A stretch of 37,586 bases of DNA from a virus (taxonomy: Duplodnaviria; Caudoviricetes), in IMG/VR virus record IMGVR_UViG_3300044723_009327, positions 1 through 37,586 of that record; one strand, written 5' to 3'. Made by a program: the position numbers and the translations under genes. The notes under the pieces were generated by a model. That model was given only the letters and a program-made list of their open reading frames with translations. It was not told where the DNA came from and ran no database searches. The first letter of the stretch is position 1, and the number at the start of each line of letters is the position of its first letter. This document shows, in pieces, positions 35,785 to 37,586 of the stretch.

Positions 35785-37586
35785 TTATTGGTTAGATTGG
35801 CCGAGACCCTGAATGTCGAGTTCTTGACCCATCTTACCGATCGCTACGCGAATCAAATCAATCTGAATACGTTCGAGAGTTGGGACAGGTGTTACAAAAA
35901 CTTTTGCGTTGACTACTCCGTTCTCGAGATCCTCGGGCAGGTTGATGCGGTCGTCGCAGATAACCAGGAAGGCATCGCGAGGCTTCGAACCGAACAGAGC
36001 ACCCCGGACATACAGCTGGTTGAGAACGCTGTTACCGATGGAGATGATCTGGTTGAAGACCACACCGAAACCATCGATGATGTTGAAGATCTGACTATCG
36101 AAGGCGTTACGCAGCGAACCGTACACCACGTTGAGAATAACGCGAGTGTTGACGAACTGATACAGACGCTGTTGAGCATCTCTCTCGTTCACACGGCAAC
36201 GACCACCCCAGATAAACACGGCGGTTTGAGGGTAACCAGGCAGCGTGCGGACCACGTTGCAACCTTTGGGGTTGAGAAGGTTCTGCTGAGAAGAGTTCAC
36301 AGGCAGCTGAACGCCAACGGCGTCGGCCAACTGGTACTTCACACCTGCAGGTGGGAACTGGTATCCCTCGGCACGATAGCGGCGCAGGGCCACACCGGTC
36401 ACATAAGCAGACGGAGGAATGAACTGACCAGCACCGTTTTCGATATAAGGTCCGTAGAAGGCGATAAAGCCGAAGGGGTTGAAGTAACGCTGAGAATCGT
36501 CGAGCATACGGTTCACAGTGTCAACACCGGCCTCCACAAACTCAGCCTGAGGGACACCGTTGAAACCAACACCACGCAGAGCGTCATTGATCTGCTCGGT
36601 CGGGGTGATAGCGTCGAAACGCCATAGGTTCTTAGGTACACCTTGCTCAGGTGTGTAGACCATCTCAACTTGGCTACCGTAGCAGGGGCTACCGTAGGCA
36701 CTAAGATCTCCACCCAGGGCATCTTCCTTGATGACAACCCATTTGTATGATCCTGCGCCAGCCTCAACAACGGTCAGACGATCGCCAATAACAACTGGGG
36801 TGACACCGTCAGGAGCAACACCAGGAGCGGGGGTAGCAGTTACGTTTAAGTAGGTGCCAACCAGGTTCGCCTTGATCGTATCAAGTTGAACGCCACTGAC
36901 GTTCAGTTTGAATCCGAGGCTTTCCAAACGAGAGCCGTATCCGGGTTCAACACCGATAACCGACCCAGAAACAGAGTTTTCGATTTGAGAGATGGTCAGG
37001 TCACCGTTACCATAGATAACGTCGTAGGACAAAGTATCGCCTATAGCGTAACCGAGACCGTGCTTCTCAATTGAGACAGCAGTCACTGCATTAGCGGTGA
37101 TGGTTAGAGAACCTACAGCACCTGATCCAGTTCCACCAGTAAAGGCAACGTTGTTGTAGACTCCGTCGGGAACGGTTGGAGGAACAGTAACGGGGGCCGA
37201 TCCAACGTCTATCTGCTGAATCGGACCCAAACTGCCAGTTCCAGTGGTGTAGTTACCGATTAGGATGGCCTCGATTGCGGGGACCATGTAGGACTCAGAC
37301 TGGAAGTACTGCTCAACGGTGGGTACGCAGAAAGCGTTCGTGACAGCAGCAATCGGAGAAGGGTCAGGAGCAACCAGATTCAGCTTGCTCAGAAGGTCGC
37401 ACTTGGTAAGGGAGCTAAGGTCCTCACCATAGGAGCTGACTTGGTCTTCACCCAAGATTACCGAAGAGTTGTTCAGGTAGATTGAGCTGAAAGGGTTACC
37501 CGAAACTTCCACACCAGTCGGTACCACAGAAGCGTCCAGAGCTTGGCTCCAAATGCTGTTGCTGTCGAAATCGTACTTGCGAGCGC
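35785..37586 (-). CDS. Contractile tail sheath protein (5'-truncated by the window edge)
   Basis: IPPSAYVTG, PPAG, LNPKGCN, IWGGR, FVNTRVI, GALFG.KP.DAF.VICD..IN, PVPTLE.I; frame is open from 37527 to the window end. Confidence 0.93.
   Translation of the reverse strand, partial: ARKYDFDSNSIWSQALDASVVPTGVEVSGNPFSSIYLNNSSVILGEDQVSSYGEDLSSLTKCDLLSKLNLVAPDPSPIAAVTNAFCVPTVEQYFQSESYMVPAIEAILIGNYTTGTGSLGPIQQIDVGSAPVTVPPTVPDGVYNNVAFTGGTGSGAVGSLTITANAVTAVSIEKHGLGYAIGDTLSYDVIYGNGDLTISQIENSVSGSVIGVEPGYGSRLESLGFKLNVSGVQLDTIKANLVGTYLNVTATPAPGVAPDGVTPVVIGDRLTVVEAGAGSYKWVVIKEDALGGDLSAYGSPCYGSQVEMVYTPEQGVPKNLWRFDAITPTEQINDALRGVGFNGVPQAEFVEAGVDTVNRMLDDSQRYFNPFGFIAFYGPYIENGAGQFIPPSAYVTGVALRRYRAEGYQFPPAGVKYQLADAVGVQLPVNSSQQNLLNPKGCNVVRTLPGYPQTAVFIWGGRCRVNERDAQQRLYQFVNTRVILNVVYGSLRNAFDSQIFNIIDGFGVVFNQIISIGNSVLNQLYVRGALFGSKPRDAFLVICDDRINLPEDLENGVVNAKVFVTPVPTLERIQIDLIRVAIGKMGQELDIQGLGQSNQ

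Noticed and set aside
35788-36627. 279-aa plus-strand ORF
   Set aside because: Antisense to the conserved sheath core; no motifs of its own.
17100-37586. Extracellular contractile injection system or tailocin
   Set aside because: Portal, protease, capsid and terminase genes show a DNA-packaging phage.

Overview
This window is the virion morphogenesis region of a contractile-tailed (myovirus-type) dsDNA phage, with all credible genes on the minus strand. In transcription order (right to left): tail sheath (5'-truncated), GIY-YIG endonuclease, ribbon-helix-helix protein, gp25-like wedge, HNH endonuclease, Mu gp29-like portal, a greatly extended Mu gpI-like protease/scaffold, a second GIY-YIG-like endonuclease, MuF-like head protein, capsid cement, major capsid and tail tube. 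Then come the baseplate genes, spike, SwmB-like/gp36-like adaptor fusion, a paralogous fibre cluster, a gp37-like protein, terminase, phoH, a decayed HNH gene and a block of small charged proteins. A cyanobacterial host is an inference only. Main unexplained signals: (1) a strand-specific GGGTAAAA motif about 20-45 nt upstream of at least 11 genes, a candidate phage late promoter; (2) heavy [F/Y/H]-x-E repetition in the protease/scaffold and in the small-protein block, a candidate protease-matured capsid cargo system that may include a Cys-tagged HNH protein; (3) structured leaders on the capsid and endonuclease genes. All family calls come from motif recognition by eye; no searches were run.
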